Below are positions 26,830 to 40,307 of a stretch of DNA of 64,000 bases, one piece after another. Origin of the DNA: Vicugna vicugna (Eukaryota); NCBI GenBank assembly GCA_013265495.1, contig MU061579.1, positions 5,454,963 through 5,518,962 on the forward strand, written 5' to 3'. Position 1 is the stretch's first letter; each line of letters starts with the position of its first letter. The notes under the pieces are model-generated. The model had not been told where the DNA came from and searched no databases. It saw only the letters and a list, made by a program, of their open reading frames with translations. Position numbers and translations under genes: made by a program.

Positions 26830-27995
26830 GAACTTACTTTTAAACAAACATTAATATATAATTTATATGCCATATAATTGATGCATTTAGAATTCAATTC
26901 AGTGATTCTTAGTCTATTTGTGTCCTGTCAATACAGTCAATTTTAGTACATTTCATCAAGTCAGAAACAAACTCTGGACCCAATAGTGGTGATTCCACCA
27001 TTGCCCTAGGCAATTGTTAATATACTTTATATGTCTCTTTGTATTTTATACTTTTATTGGATATTTTAGATAAATAAGAATCACACAAATGTGATCTTTT
27101 GTAACCGGCTTGTTTCACTTAGTAAAGTTTTCGAGATTCATCCATGTTGTATCATGTATTGTATTAATATGCTTCATTGTATTTATCTATTCATCAGTGG
27201 ATGGACATTTTTGCTGTTTCCATTTCTGTTATTATGAATAACAATGCTGTGAACATTAACACACAAGTTTTTTTGGAGAAATGTTTTCATTTCTCTTAGT
27301 TATTTACCTAGAAATACAGTTGCTAGGTCCTTTGGTTACTCTGTATTTAGCATCTTGCCAGACTGTTTTCCAAAGCAATTGAACTATTTTACGTTCCCAC
27401 CACAGAGTACTAGCATGTGTGAAGTGGTGTCTCATCACATTTTCCTGAAGATGTGAATCATTTTTTTTTTCATTTGTCTGTTAGCCATTTGTCTAATTAA
27501 TTTGGCAAAATGGCAATTCAGATCCTTTGCCTGGGTTCTTATTGAGTCATGAGTTTTCTTTATATAGTCCATATGTAAATCCCTTATGCAACAGAGGATT
27601 AACAAATTTTTTTTTCCCATTCTGATGATTGTCTTTCACCTTCATGTCATTCACTGTCATTCACTTTTTTTTTTTTTTAACAATTATGATCACCTTTTTT
27701 TTGGGGGGGGTGAGGGGAGGTAATTAGGTTTATTTGTTTATTTATTTTTAGATGTACTGGGGATTGAACCCAGGACCTCATGCATACTAAGCATGAACTC
27801 TACTGCTTGAGCTATACCCTCCCCCTTGTCATTCACTTTCATAATGGTATCCTTTTGTACTGCAAAAATTGATCATTTTGATGAAGTTCAAGTTATCTAT
27901 TATTTCTTTTGTCATTGTGATTTTTGTATCTTTTTAAAGAAATTTTGCTTAATCCAGCGTCTTTTCATATCTTCTTGTGTGTATGATTTTAGTCT
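26830..27995 (-). mobile_element. Old L1M 3' fragment (host of the SINE)
   Basis: Degenerate antisense L1 3' end and ORF2 C-terminus: TTCATCCATGTTGT, GATGGACATTT, ATGCTGTGAACATT, GACTGTTTTCCAAAG; translation AKDLNCHF..QMANRQMKK. Confidence 0.85.
27665..27825 (-). mobile_element. tRNA-derived SINE, camelid Vic-1-like
   Basis: Minus strand reads GGGGGAGGGTATAGCTCAAGCAGTAGAG..TAGTATGCATGAGGTCCTGGGTTCAATCCCCAGTAC (A and B boxes), then TAAA repeats, CCTAATTACCTCCCC and A tails. TSD TGTCATTCACTTT at 27655-27667 and 27827-27839. Confidence 0.88.
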
Positions 27996-28264
27996 CAATA
28001 TCAAAACCAAACTTTAGGTGGGTGACCATACTGCTTTGGTAGAGTGGCTGCATCACCCTAAAAATGGAATCTTAATTTTTTTTTTAACGTCGGAATGGTA
28101 TTTGTAAACAAAGATCTGGAAACTCAAACTCTATTTAGAGAGATATATGTTTTCAGCCCAGAAGGCCTTCTATTTCTCATTTGGAAAACAGAGTTATATT
28201 TTAATTTTCTCTATCTGGTTGGCCACCTCCACCATGCTATGGAGATTGGTGCCTATCATAGCAA

Positions 28265-28267
28265 AAA

Positions 28268-28306
<39 letters not shown>
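28265..28306 (+). repeat. (TAAA)n microsatellite
   Basis: About 10 perfect units visible. Confidence 0.95.
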
Positions 28307-28309
<3 letters not shown>

Positions 28310-28318
28310 CTTAAAAAT

Positions 28319-30195
28319 GGAAATGTCCGTTCGAGTTCTTTGCCCACTTTTTAATTTAACCGAGTTTTTTTCTTTTTGTTTTTTGCTATTGAGTTGTAGA
28401 TATTCTTGAATTATTTGGAAATTAACCCTCTATCTATGATTTGCAAGTGTTTCTCTCATTCTATAGAGAGAATATTTGTGTTCTGTTATTTTTTTTACTC
28501 CTGTGCTGTGCAGAAACTTTTAGCCTTGTTGTAGTTCCATTTTTACTGGTTTTATTTATATTTTTGGTGTCATATCCATGAAATCATTGTCAAGACTAAT
28601 ATTAAGAAGCTTTTCCATTATATTTTCTTCTAAAAGTTTTACAGTTTCAGGTCTTATGTTTAGGCCCTTAATCTATTTTGAGTTGATTTTTACAAATAAT
28701 GTAAAGTAGGGGTTCACTTTTTTTTTTGGATGTGGACATCTAGTTTTCTCAGCATCATTGGTTGAAGAAAGTATCCTTTCCTCATTGTGTATTCTTGGTT
28801 ACTTGGTCAAAGATTACTTGACCACATATGTGAGGATTTATTTATGGACTCTCAATTCTATTTTACTGATCTGCTTGTTTGTCTTTATGCCAGTACCATA
28901 CTGTTTTGATTTCTGTAGCTTTGTAATATATTTTGAAATCAAGAAGGGTGATACCTCCTGATTTGTTCTTGCTGCTCAAATTCACTTTGTCCACTCTGGG
29001 ATTTTTGTGGTTTTATAAGAATTTTAATTTTTTTTCTATTTCTGTAAAAGAGAAATGTCATTTAGATATTCATAGGGATAGTATTAAGTCTTTAGATCAC
29101 CTTGGGTATAATGAACTCTTAAACAATATTAGTTCTTTCAATCCATGAACATGGGATATCTTTCCATTCATTTGTGTCTACTTTAATTTCTCTCATCAGT
29201 GTTTTGCAGTTCCCAGTGTCTATCAGACATTTCTCCAAAGAAAATAAACAAATGGCCAACAGATATATTAAAAGATGCACAGCATCATTAATTATCAGGA
29301 AAATACAAGTCAAAACTATGATATCTTATTTCACCTGTTTGGATAGCTATTATTTTTTTTTAAAGATAAGAACTGTTAACAAGATTGTAGAGAAATTGGA
29401 ACCCTTGTATACTGTTGAATATAAAATGGTGCAACAGCTATGGAAAACTATTGTTTTCCTCAAAAAATTAAAAATAGATATACCATATGTTCTAGCATTC
29501 CCACTCCAGGACATATATTCAAGAGAACTGAAATCAGAATCTCTACGAAACAGCTGCAGTTGCATGTTTGTTGCAGCACTCTTCACAATAGCCAAGATAT
29601 GTAAATAATTTGGGTGTCCATCAACAGGTACATGGATAAAGATAATTTGGTATATACATACAATGGGTTATTATTCAGCTGTAAATGAAAGAAGTAAATT
29701 CTGCCATTCACAACTGTATGGATGGACCTAGAGGCCGTTATGCTAAGTGAAATAAGCCAGACACATACAAATACTGCATGATCCCACTTTATGAGGTATC
29801 TAAAATAGTCAAACTCTTAGAAGCAGGGGATACAGTACTGGTTGCCAGATGCTGGAGGGTGGGGGAGGTAGAGAATTGTTTCTATTAGTATAAAGTTTCA
29901 GTCTTTGCAAAGTGAATAGATTGTAGAGATCTTCTGTGTAACATTGTGTCTGTAGCTAACAATACAGTTTTCAAAATATGCTAAGATGATAGATCTGAGG
30001 CTGAGTGTTCTCACTTACAAGCAAACAAAAAGAAAAACACCCAGGTAACTCCAAAGTGTATCAGTTATGTCTATTACCTTGATTGTGGTGATAGTATCGC
30101 AGGTGTCTGCATATATAAAACTCATCAAATTGTACACATTATATATATACACTTCTTGGTATATAAATTATGCTTCAATAAATCTGTTCTTTTTA
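28319..30195. mobile_element. Old L1 with 5' inversion: minus arm 28319-29220, plus arm 29224-30195
   Basis: Minus arm translates to [15 protein letters not shown] and similar. Plus arm reads [17 protein letters not shown] and ends in an L1MA/MB-type 3'UTR with AATAAA at ~30177. Confidence 0.88.
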
Positions 30196-30794
30196 AAAGA
30201 ACCATTAAATTAATCCTTTTGGGGTTCTTTTTTTTTTGAGTCAGAATACAAATATATTGAACATGGTACCAAGAATCTTCCTGAGAGCCCTCTCACTACA
30301 GAAACCCAAATACTGGCTTTTGAGTCAACCAAACTCTAGCTGTCAGTGGTGTCACAGACCCTGCACACCACCCATTCCCCAAATTCAACTGGATTAGGCA
30401 TATAGCTTACATTATAATCCTTTGCTCTGAGCTAAACTTAAAGCTGAGGCTATTGGTACAAAGAGGTCAGGATTGTTAGTTTTAAATCTTTGTTTACTTT
30501 TCAACAACCTTTTTCTTCTGGGTGATGATCGAAGTTCTACAGGTGAAAAGAGCATCCAAGATGTAGAATGGTCCAGAACCAAGAGCCTGGAAAATGGTTC
30601 TCCCCAGCCCTATACTTTTGCAAGGTGAACTCTGAGGTTACCCAGGGGTCAGTCTCAAGCAGGGTAGAAACTCACAGCCCTGGCATGGGCAGGCAGTGTG
30701 GCAATCACCTTGTTTTCTTCCCCTATTATTATGATAATATCTAAAAGGCTGAAGAAGGTTTAGGAACCGTTAAAGAGCTGAGGTCAGGATAAGG

Positions 30795-30871
30795 AAGGAG
30801 GGAAGGAAGAGAGAGAGAGAGGGAGGGAGGAAGAGAGAGAGAGAGAAAGAAAAGAAAGAGAAAGAAAGAAA

Positions 30872-30947
<76 letters not shown>

Positions 30948-31078
30948 GAAAGAAAGAAAGAAAAAGAAAGAGAAAGAAAGAAAGAAAGGAAAAGAAAGAG
31001 AAAGAAAGAAAGAAAGAAAGAAAGGAAAAGAAAGAGAAAGAAAGAAAGAAAAAGAAAGAGAAAGAAAGGAAAAGAAAG

Positions 31079-31150
<72 letters not shown>

Positions 31151-31217
31151 GGAAGGAAGGAAGGAAGATGGAAGGAAGGAAGATGGAAGGAAGGAAGGAA
31201 GGAAGGAAGAAAGAAAA
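30795..31217 (+). repeat. Compound purine microsatellite (GA)n/(GAAA)n/(GGAA)n
   Basis: ~420 bp of almost pure A/G; it explains the low-complexity ORF 30784-31263. Confidence 0.98.
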
Positions 31218-33367
31218 CTCTTCCCTTTAAGAGTTTCTTTTTCAAGCTGACTCCCCTTGGCAATCTGTCAGCTTTTGTTCACATTTTTAAAGCTTTATTT
31301 TTTGTGTTTTTGTCTTAAGTTTTAAGTTGTAGTTGGTTGGAAGGATGTGTTCTTTTGGGCTTAGACTACCGTGCTGAAACAAGAAGGAAGTCTGTTTCTT
31401 TACCTATGAATTCATTTTCCATTAAGATATTAGGGGTTTTGTTTGTTTTTGTTAATAGTATGTATCTGGAGAAGCATCAGATGGTCTGTTGGCCTGTAAG
31501 GCTCTTCCTTCTGTCTTCTCTCTCTTCTCCCTAATGAAAGCTTTCCTTCTACATCGCAGCCACAGTTCCAGGGTGCTGAGGGGAGGAGAATGAAATGGAC
31601 ACTGTCAGACCTGCCTTTTCTTGTGATTATTGATTCTATATACCAGGTGACTGGAATTTTGGGCCACTCAGTTATAATCTGAAGTGTGGCTCTGGTAGCA
31701 TTAATTTTCTGCCCTGGGGTGGCTAGTGGACAATAATCTGCTCAGGAGAATGTGTCTGTGTCTGTGAAAAAAGAAGCCTCAGTATCCACCTGCTATCTTA
31801 CTTGTCCCTCACTCAAATCCGGAGACTGACTCTGCTCAGCTCTGTACTGCCAGTTCTTTTCCTCGTTAGGTCAAAGTGCCTTCTCTTTTCTCATGTGTTT
31901 TCCACTGGTTTTATTATAACTTCACAGTCTTACATTTTCCTCTGACCCCCAGAACATCCCCATGACTGGACTAGGAGCTTGTGTTCTTTTTCCAACTTGT
32001 CAGCAGTAAGCATCTAAACACTTACTTTTCATTATGTGATAAAGATATTGCAATAAATGTGATAAAGTTCAAGTTGTAAAGCAAAATTAGTTTGTTGGAA
32101 AAATACTCAGGTGATCATTATATGTTAGCTTTAATGAGGTACTCTGCTCTTTGAGACCCAATTGTTTTCACAGTTAGAAAGCATCACGGCACTTTACTTT
32201 CTGTTAATTACAAAGAATTTAGTTTTAGAGATGAATACACCAAAAGCAGAATTCATAATTATCATAGTAAAATCTCCAGAGAATTTAAATAGGATATATT
32301 TCTAGACAAAATATTTCTCTTTAAATTAAAGTTTAAAATTCAGTCTTTGATTCTGAGAGAAATGTCTGACTGGGCTTTTATGTAAATAATTTTAAAGTAT
32401 TCTTGGTAGAACAAAGTTAACTATGGGCTTTTAGATCTCTGTGCCTTTAGCAACAAAATGGGTAGTTAAATTTTGGCTACTCCCGAAATGACTAGTAATA
32501 ATTATAAAGGCTAAAAAGATCAGGGAAAAAACAACAAAGGAAATATGATATTTTAATAGTATAATACATTTTAAGTTAAAATTTTTATAAGCATAGTTAT
32601 ATAATGGAAAAAATTGAAATTACATTCAAACGATAACTTGTTAAATAAACTATGACCTGGAAAATTTCCTATATCAAAGTTAATATTTTGAATTTTTATT
32701 GAAAGGATGGCAGCATATTTAAAATTATAAAAATATGATTCCATGAGAATCAGAGTGAAACATTACAGCATATACATGTATATACCATTTTGTGTGATTA
32801 GCTCACATTTCATTCTGAGAACTAACTGAATTGTTGAAGAATGCTTCCCATCAAAGATACGTATAAGTCAACTTTAGATTCTTTTTAAAAGTAGCGTATT
32901 TTAAAAGAGTATGTCACATTTGCAGTGCCGTTTTCCTTATTATCTAAGCTTTTTCTTGCTTTTTAAGTTCATATCATTAGCTTGCACTCAGTGTTCAGAT
33001 GACCCTATTGAAAGCTATTTGGAGCTATGTCAGATATACCTTACATCTTAAATTTTACATTTCATTAAGTGATAAATATGAAAAAAGCATTTTTCCTTTT
33101 CTTAACTCCATGTTCACATTATTCCTTTTCTTCCCTTCATCTCTGGCTATATAGTAGCTATACACTAGACTACCAGAATGCCAGATTTGCTCACTGTATG
33201 CCTAAAAAAAACCCCAAAGATATCTTGTTTCAGAACTGTTTTAATCAGCACTATGTAAGCTCTCTGAATAATGCATGATTTCTCTATGGGGTCTCAATCC
33301 TTATCAGAGATATCTTCAAGTATAGCACATTAGGTAACTTGCACTGGGTCTTATTAATTATATTCTT

Positions 33368-34455
33368 AATTTTTTATTGAAGTATAGTCAGTTTACAATA
33401 TTGTGTTAATTTCTGATGTACAGCATAGTTATTCAAATATGTATATATGTATATATATATTCCTTTCCATATTCTTTTACATTATAGGCTATTACAAGGT
33501 ATTGAATATTATTCTCTGAGCTATATGGTATGACCTTGTTGTTTATCTATTTAACAATAGTAGTTAGTATCTGTAAATCCTGAACTCCCAGTTTATCCCT
33601 CCAGCCCTGCCTTTTCCCCCTGGTAACCGTAAGTTTGTTTTCTATGTCTGTGAGTCTGTTTCTGTTTTATAAATGAGTTCGTTTGTGTCTGTCTTTTTTG
33701 CTTTTTTTTTTCTTTTTTTTTAGATTCCACAGAGGAGTGATATCATATGGTATTTTTCTTTCTCTTTTTGGCTTCCTTCACTTAGAATGACAATCTCCAG
33801 ATCCATCCATGTTGCTGCAAAAGGCATTATGTCATTATTTTATTCTTTTTTATGGCTGAGTAGTATTCCATTGTATAAATATACCACATCTTTATCCACT
33901 CATCTGTAGATGGACCTTTAGGTTTCTACCATGTCTTGGCTATTGTAAATAGTACTACTATGAACATTGAGGTGCATGTATCTTTTTGAATTGGAGTTCC
34001 CTCCAGATAAATGCCCTGGAGTGGGATTGCTGAATCATATGGTAAATCTAATTAGTTTTTTGAGGAATCTCCATACTGCTTTCCATAATGGCTATACCAA
34101 ACTGCATTCCCACCAATAATGTAGGAGGGTTCCCTTTTCTCTACACCCTCTCCAGCATTTATCATTCATGGACTTTTGAATGATGGCCATTCTGACTGGT
34201 GCGAGGTGATACCTCACTGTAGTTTTGATTTGCATTTCTCTGATAACTAGCAATATTGAGCATTTTTTCATGCACCTATTGGCCATTTGTATGTCTTCAT
34301 TAAAGAAATGTTTATTTAGGCCTTCTGCCAATTTTTAGATTGGGTTATTTGTTTTTTTGTTACTGAGTTGTATGAGCTGTTTATATAGTTTAGAAATTAA
34401 GACCTTGTCAGTCTCAATGTTTGCAAATATTTTCTCCCATGCTATTGGTTGTCTT
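33368..34455 (-). mobile_element. 5'-truncated L1 of intermediate age
   Basis: Minus ORF 34092-34331 matches the ORF2 C-terminus ([19 protein letters not shown]). Degenerate TSD TTAATTATATTCTT (33354-33367) / TTAAGTACATTCTT (34456-34469). Confidence 0.92.
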
Positions 34456-36339
34456 TTAAGTACATTCTTTAAATGTCACTTTTCAAAAGTTGAATAAGAA
34501 AGCATTTTCACTTCAATATCATAAAATGAGCAAATATAGTAACTACGAGAACATATAAATTTGATTCACTTTTATTATTGTTAAGAAAAGTCATTTAAAA
34601 CATTACATGAGATTAAAGTTAAACAGCATGTCTTTTCAATTTCATACTAGGGCACTCTAAAGGATTATTTAATTCTGCAGAAGAATATATTTTTATTTGA
34701 TTTGCTATTTACTATTAGAGCCAAAACACAATAAAGTTACATGTGTTCTATATCTTATCTAGCAGAGTTGCAAAAGATACCATCAAAGGCTACCTGATTT
34801 TTTGTTTGTTATTCTTGTTTTGTTGAATTTGGGGTTTTGTTTGTTTCTAATTGGCATGTATAATTGTAACTATAGCAACAGTTTGGGTAATTGCAAGAGT
34901 TTGTAAGATTCTAGAGAACATATTCAAGTCTTGTAATAAAGGCAAACAATACAGGGCAGCAAAAGGAGATTTCAGCAAACTTTGGAGGGGGTCCAAGAGA
35001 CATCAAGGCTTATGCTCCCTGAGGTCCCTCTTACTTGCACAAAGATATGCACAGCCTTTGGATTGAAATTTTAAGATTTGTGTAATGAACCTTAGTCTCA
35101 GAGAACTTCACACAGGTGTTGCCAGCAGTGTCTTTTATGTCTCTCTGGTCACTTAGGTAAGCCAAGTTGTCTAATCTGTTACTCCAGAAGAAAGTCATCC
35201 TTAAACATATCCTGCTTATGCCAGGGGAGCTTCAGACTTTAAACAGTAGTATATCACAAATTATTAGTTAGTAAAGTAGGCCTATTTCAGCTAAGAATCA
35301 AACCAGATATCCCAGTATCTCCAGAGATAAACATAGAGGTTTTCCTAGCTAACTATAAAATAACTCTATCCTGCATAAGAACATTAAACAGTTATAACCA
35401 ACCCAGAAATCTTATTTTTACAATGTCTTAATCCCTATAAATCCCTATAAATACTGAAAGTTCAAAATATTCTTTATAACAGCTTTTCAGAATTGTAGTT
35501 TCTTCATTTATATATTGATAATCTTTGGCATGCACTTAATATTTTTATGTCACACATTTAAATTTTTAAAAATTAAATATGGAATTATATTTTATTTCAA
35601 AATCTTTTTTCCTTTGCCTGTCATTTTTTTTTTCCTTCTTTCACTGCTTTTGATCTGCTTTTTCAGAGTTGCTCTGTGTCATTTGATTAAGAGAAAGAGG
35701 TTCTCAGACTGTGTGGTGTGATCCAAGCTCTCAGGTCCTTTATGAATGAGTTTCTAAGTTATTTTTATAGAATATAATTACAAGAAGGAACTCAGTTTAT
35801 TGAGGTTATTCCCTGGCCCTTGAGTAATTATGCTTCCATGAGACTGAGAATATTTTCCTCTACATTATCTAGAAGAATTTCATAGGCTTTGCATAAAACA
35901 CACTGACAAAGTCTCTTACAAATTGCCTACAGCAGTTGCACTCATGTTTTTTGCATCTTCAGTGTTAATCCTTATGCTATTCCAAGTGAATTACTTAAGA
36001 ACTGAGGCAACCATAATCCTTTTTTTCCACTTTAGCTTACTAGCCAACACTGAGATGCTTGCAGTGAGGACTCCTTTCTTTACTCAGAATCTTTCAAAGG
36101 ACTGGGATTTTGCTTTACTTATTTACTGTTATTTTTCAACTATTAAGTAGGTGGGATATGGAGGTTAGTAGGCTCAGTGCTTTAAACTGATATGAAATAT
36201 AGTATATTTATTTGTTACATAAAGTGGGTTTGGTTTTAGACCATTAAAATATATCATTTTTGAATGGCTTTTTTTAGGATAAGTTGAAAATACAAAGTAC
36301 ATGAATAGACTGTGACCTAGAGATAAAAAATTTTTAAAT

Positions 36340-37225
36340 TAAACAATTTTTTCAGTGTCTCCTACATGTAAGACATTCTTTTGGAGGCTTTGGACATAAT
36401 ATTGAACAAAACACATAAAAGCTTTGCTCTCATGAAGCTCATAGCTACATGATAGGAAACAGAAAATGCATGGAGAGATAAATGTTTTTATTCAACTAAG
36501 GGTTATGAGGAAACATATTCCAGAGTGGGGAGGATAAAATACGTACATAGGAAGGGAAAGTACTCTGTTTTTTTTTGGGCTAGTAAATGAAGGTCTGTCT
36601 CAACGATGTGACATTTGAGCAGAGATCTGAAGGAAGGGATGGTAATAGCCTTGGAATTACCTCAGAGAAGAGAGTCCAACCAGAAGGAAGTGTAAACACC
36701 CTGATGCCAGAGCATACTTGGCATGAGGCATGAACAAGGAGCAGTAAGGCAGCAAATAGCTAAGGCAGAGCACACAAGACAAAGGCTGGTAGGGGATCAG
36801 ATCAGTGGAACAGCAAAGAACTGAACATGTAGAGCCTCATAGGCCAGTTTCAGAGATGGAAAGCCCCTGGAGAGTATAGAGTAGGGTAATTTACTTGGCT
36901 AACATGTGGAGAATGAACAGAAGAGGGTGAGGACAAAAGGAGAACAGTTGGGTATTACTATAAGCCATGAGACAAATGGTAACTTGAACAAGAAGGCTGT
37001 TGGTGCATCTGGTGAGAAGTGGTTGGCATCAAAATATACTGGAAAGATGGAGCCACAAAAATTTGCTGGTAATTTGAGTGTAGGATATGAAACAAGATCA
37101 GTATAGAAAGATAAGTTTAGAATTTTGTTTTTGAGAAATCTGAAGGATTAAGCTTTTATTTACTGAAACTGTTGGAGAAAATTTGAGCAGGTAGAGGGTG
37201 GATCAGAAGTATGCTTTTGTATAAG
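36340..37225 (-). mobile_element. L2 LINE 3' fragment
   Basis: TGCTCTCATGAAGCTCA, GTGACATTTGAGCAGAGATCTGAAGGAAG, GGAAAGCCCCTGGAGAGT. Confidence 0.75.
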
Positions 37226-38779
37226 TATTAATCAGATTAATGTCTCAGTGATATATATTTTAATTTTTTATTTTAATTCTTTTTTTTTTCAGGGAGAATG
37301 AGAGACAAAGGGAGAGAAGGAGAGTGAAAGGAAAGGAAGTAGCATGAGAGAGTCATTGCTGAAAATGGGGATTCATGAAATAGTTAAAGTTAGAAGGATG
37401 ACAGAAGTCAATCAAAATTATTTTCCTACATCAGTATTTCTGGATAATCATGGGAAATTAGCTGATTTATTTGATTTATACAGAGACTTATTTTTTGTAG
37501 GACTGAATACATTTTTTCTTTTTACAATTTTTGGAGAGGCAATATCTTTAAGATCCACTTGACTATTTTAATTTAATAACACATTTCATGGATCAAAAGA
37601 AATTTGGAAAAATCCATTTAATATTTACAATGGTAGCTGGGCTTGATCTTAGATTTCATTTTATAAGCTCATCTTTGCTTTGGGTAAAACTCATTTTCAG
37701 AGAAGAAGTGGTGGAAAGGAGATGATAATAATACAGAGGTATTTCCTGTAAACTTCTATGGATGTCTTCACTGTTATTGATGAAAGCAAAGCTCTGATAT
37801 TTGAGGTTATGAGTTTCTGAATTTATACACCGGGAAACCAATCTCCAAAGAACTACATTTTTACTAACATCCTTTTGCAAAATAACACACACATTCACAT
37901 AAAAGATTCCAGCTGCTTTGCTGAATTTTCCAACATCAGCTAAGTCAAGCACCCCACTAGTCACAGGTGACAAATAATGCTTGAACATCTGCTTGCTAAC
38001 AATATAATCTGGCTCATTTACTATCACCAGTTTCCTGGTATTGTGCCCACAGGAGATGTTCAATAAATACTGAATGAAATGCTTCTACCTATTGAGAAGA
38101 ATAAATAAACCTATGAGGTGGGGGAGTAATAATGCCATGGCCTTTCTTTTTTCCTTTAGAAGAAAAAGTGCAGGCCTTGTGAAATTTGTGAAATACATTG
38201 TGTTTTGATAATTTTGATAGCATGGTCTGAGTTTAGGATGAAGTCTAGTGCAGTTTACCCAGGAAATCTAAAATAGGTCAATGCCCCTGAGAAAGTTTCT
38301 TGGATTTGGAAGGACGATAATTTCAATTTCTGCTCAGTTTGTTTCCAGAGTAAGCAGTGATCCAAATGATTAAACTTCTACCACTGGGGATAGTTAGAAT
38401 TCAGTTTCAGCTATCTGCGAATGAGTCAACAAATTGCAAGCTGTTTGGCGTACTGCCCATAAGAACAGTTAGTTTTAAATGTTCTTAGATAAGGCTCTGA
38501 AAATTCAATAAAATGAGGTGTATTATTTTTTCAAAGATGTAGCAAAACAGATTTTATGTTAAAATGTATAATCTTAAAGTGTTATCGTTATATTTCAAAA
38601 CCTCATTTTGCATAATCTAATATAAATGTTTATTTAAAAATCCACCAAAATATTTTAATTATCTGTATCTTAACTTAAAAGTATAGGTAAAAATTACAAT
38701 AACATAACATATACTTTATTTTCTAACCTTTTTCTGTTGTACCTTTAATACATATTAACTTCTCTCAGGCAATTATTTC

Positions 38780-39440
38780 CTAACTCTCCTTTCTCCAACA
38801 TGCCACACACATACAGACTTCCTCTCATTCAGTTCTCTCTTTCTCAGGATTATCCTGCTTCTTGTTTAACCAAGAAAATAGAAGCTAATAGAAATGAATG
38901 TTCATATTCTTCCATTACATTATCTAATAATCTACCTACATCTGTACCCATAATCTCTGCTTTCCCTCCTGTCAAGGTCTTACTGCTCATTAGTGCAATA
39001 GCCAACATTTGTATCATCATGTCATCCATGTCTTTGATTCGGCAATGATCTGTTCTTTCATTCATCATCAGTAGTACTCAGTAAGAATAAGAACAGATGG
39101 CAACATCTTCTGTGATAAAAAATCCTTCCTAAGCCCCTCCCATCACCCACTCTCAACTGTAATCCCATCATCTGTTCTTTAGGGTAAAATTGCACCAAAT
39201 ATCTGCCTGTATGTGTTCTTTCTTGAGCACATTCCTATCCAATTTTGCCTCTTGAAATTTTTCTTACTGGGTCATCACTGACCTGATTAGGACATCTGAG
39301 AGTCAATTTTTACTCCTTATTTTACTCAACTATTTAACAGAATTTGATATAATTGACTTCTCATCTTTAAATATTTTATACACTATGGTTTCTGGGATAT
39401 AGCAATTTCTTGGTTTACCTATTCCCTCACTTTTCTGTTT
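38780..39440 (+). mobile_element. L2 LINE fragment
   Basis: Pyrimidine-rich; TGTTTAACCAAGAAAATAGAAGC, GTCATCACTGACCT, AGAATTTGATATAATTGAC, TTTCTTGGTTT. Confidence 0.65.
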
Positions 39441-39724
39441 TGACCTGCAAATAGGTATTGGAATACATTTTTGAGAAACCTTCTACAAGTGACAACTTCA
39501 GCTTTAGAAAAGATGAGGTGGTTTAATGATTCTGAGTACAAGAAAAGGGAGTTCTGAAAATAAGTTTGTTAATAAAATATAATTTAAAAAATTTGAGATA
39601 TGGACTGAAAAATTGCATTGGATTTTAAAACTAGAAGCTTGAGAACTTAGGGAACCCTGATACAGAAGATTGGTGCCTACAGAGTTTAGGGTGTTGAGGA
39701 AGAAAGTTCAGTCAGTAGTCTGTC

Positions 39725-39885
39725 TAGTAGTTCCCAACATTAATGTGCATATAAATTACCATAGGGCATAGGTAAAGATTTTGATTTCATGGGTCTGGGT
39801 CAGCCTCCAGAATGCATATTTCTGAGAGCTCCCGGATAATGATGCTGCTGTAGTGTCTATGGACCACACTTTGAGTAGCAAGAGT
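39725..39885. mobile_element. MER5A-like hAT-Charlie relic
   Basis: GGGTCTGGG..TGCATATTTCTGAGAGCTCCCGGATAATGATGCTGCTG..GGACCACACTTTGAGTAGCAAG. Confidence 0.75.
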
Positions 39886-40078
39886 CTAGTCCTCTTTCAG
39901 GAAGTTTTGCCATTGAAATCAAATAGATAGGCAGTCAGAGGGTCTTAGGGGCATATAGACATGTATAAGTATTTTTAAAGAGATGTGAGTGGAACTTTTT
40001 TCTAAGCAATTAGGATGACTTTTGAAAATACAGAAGGTGAAGATACATGAAGATGCAGGATAGAATAAGGGGCTGGGG

Positions 40079-40273
40079 TGTATAACTCAGGGCTTGATGA
40101 GAGAACCAGTATGGTATTTAATATGCATATACTGGAGAAGGTATATATTTATATGTAATAATATTTTATAATTATATAAATTATATGTGTAAGTTATTTG
40201 TAATATAGTTCTATACATAGAATATACTTTGCAATATACAATGTTGTAGTGTGTAATATATAATAATATGTAT

Positions 40274-40307
<34 letters not shown>

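Noticed and set aside
27750..27825. tRNA-like sequence with A and B boxes
   Set aside because: It is the head of a SINE with tail and TSD, not a tRNA gene.
28000..28306. Unique ~260 bp followed by (TAAA)n, possible retrocopy
   Set aside because: No TSD or identifiable parent sequence; the microsatellite alone is insufficient.
30784..31263. 159-aa F/L/S-rich ORF
   Set aside because: It is the translation of the (TTTC)n microsatellite strand.
37656..38063. 135-aa minus-strand ORF
   Set aside because: It begins with a non-ATG codon in an L2 3'-end relic and has no recognisable homology.
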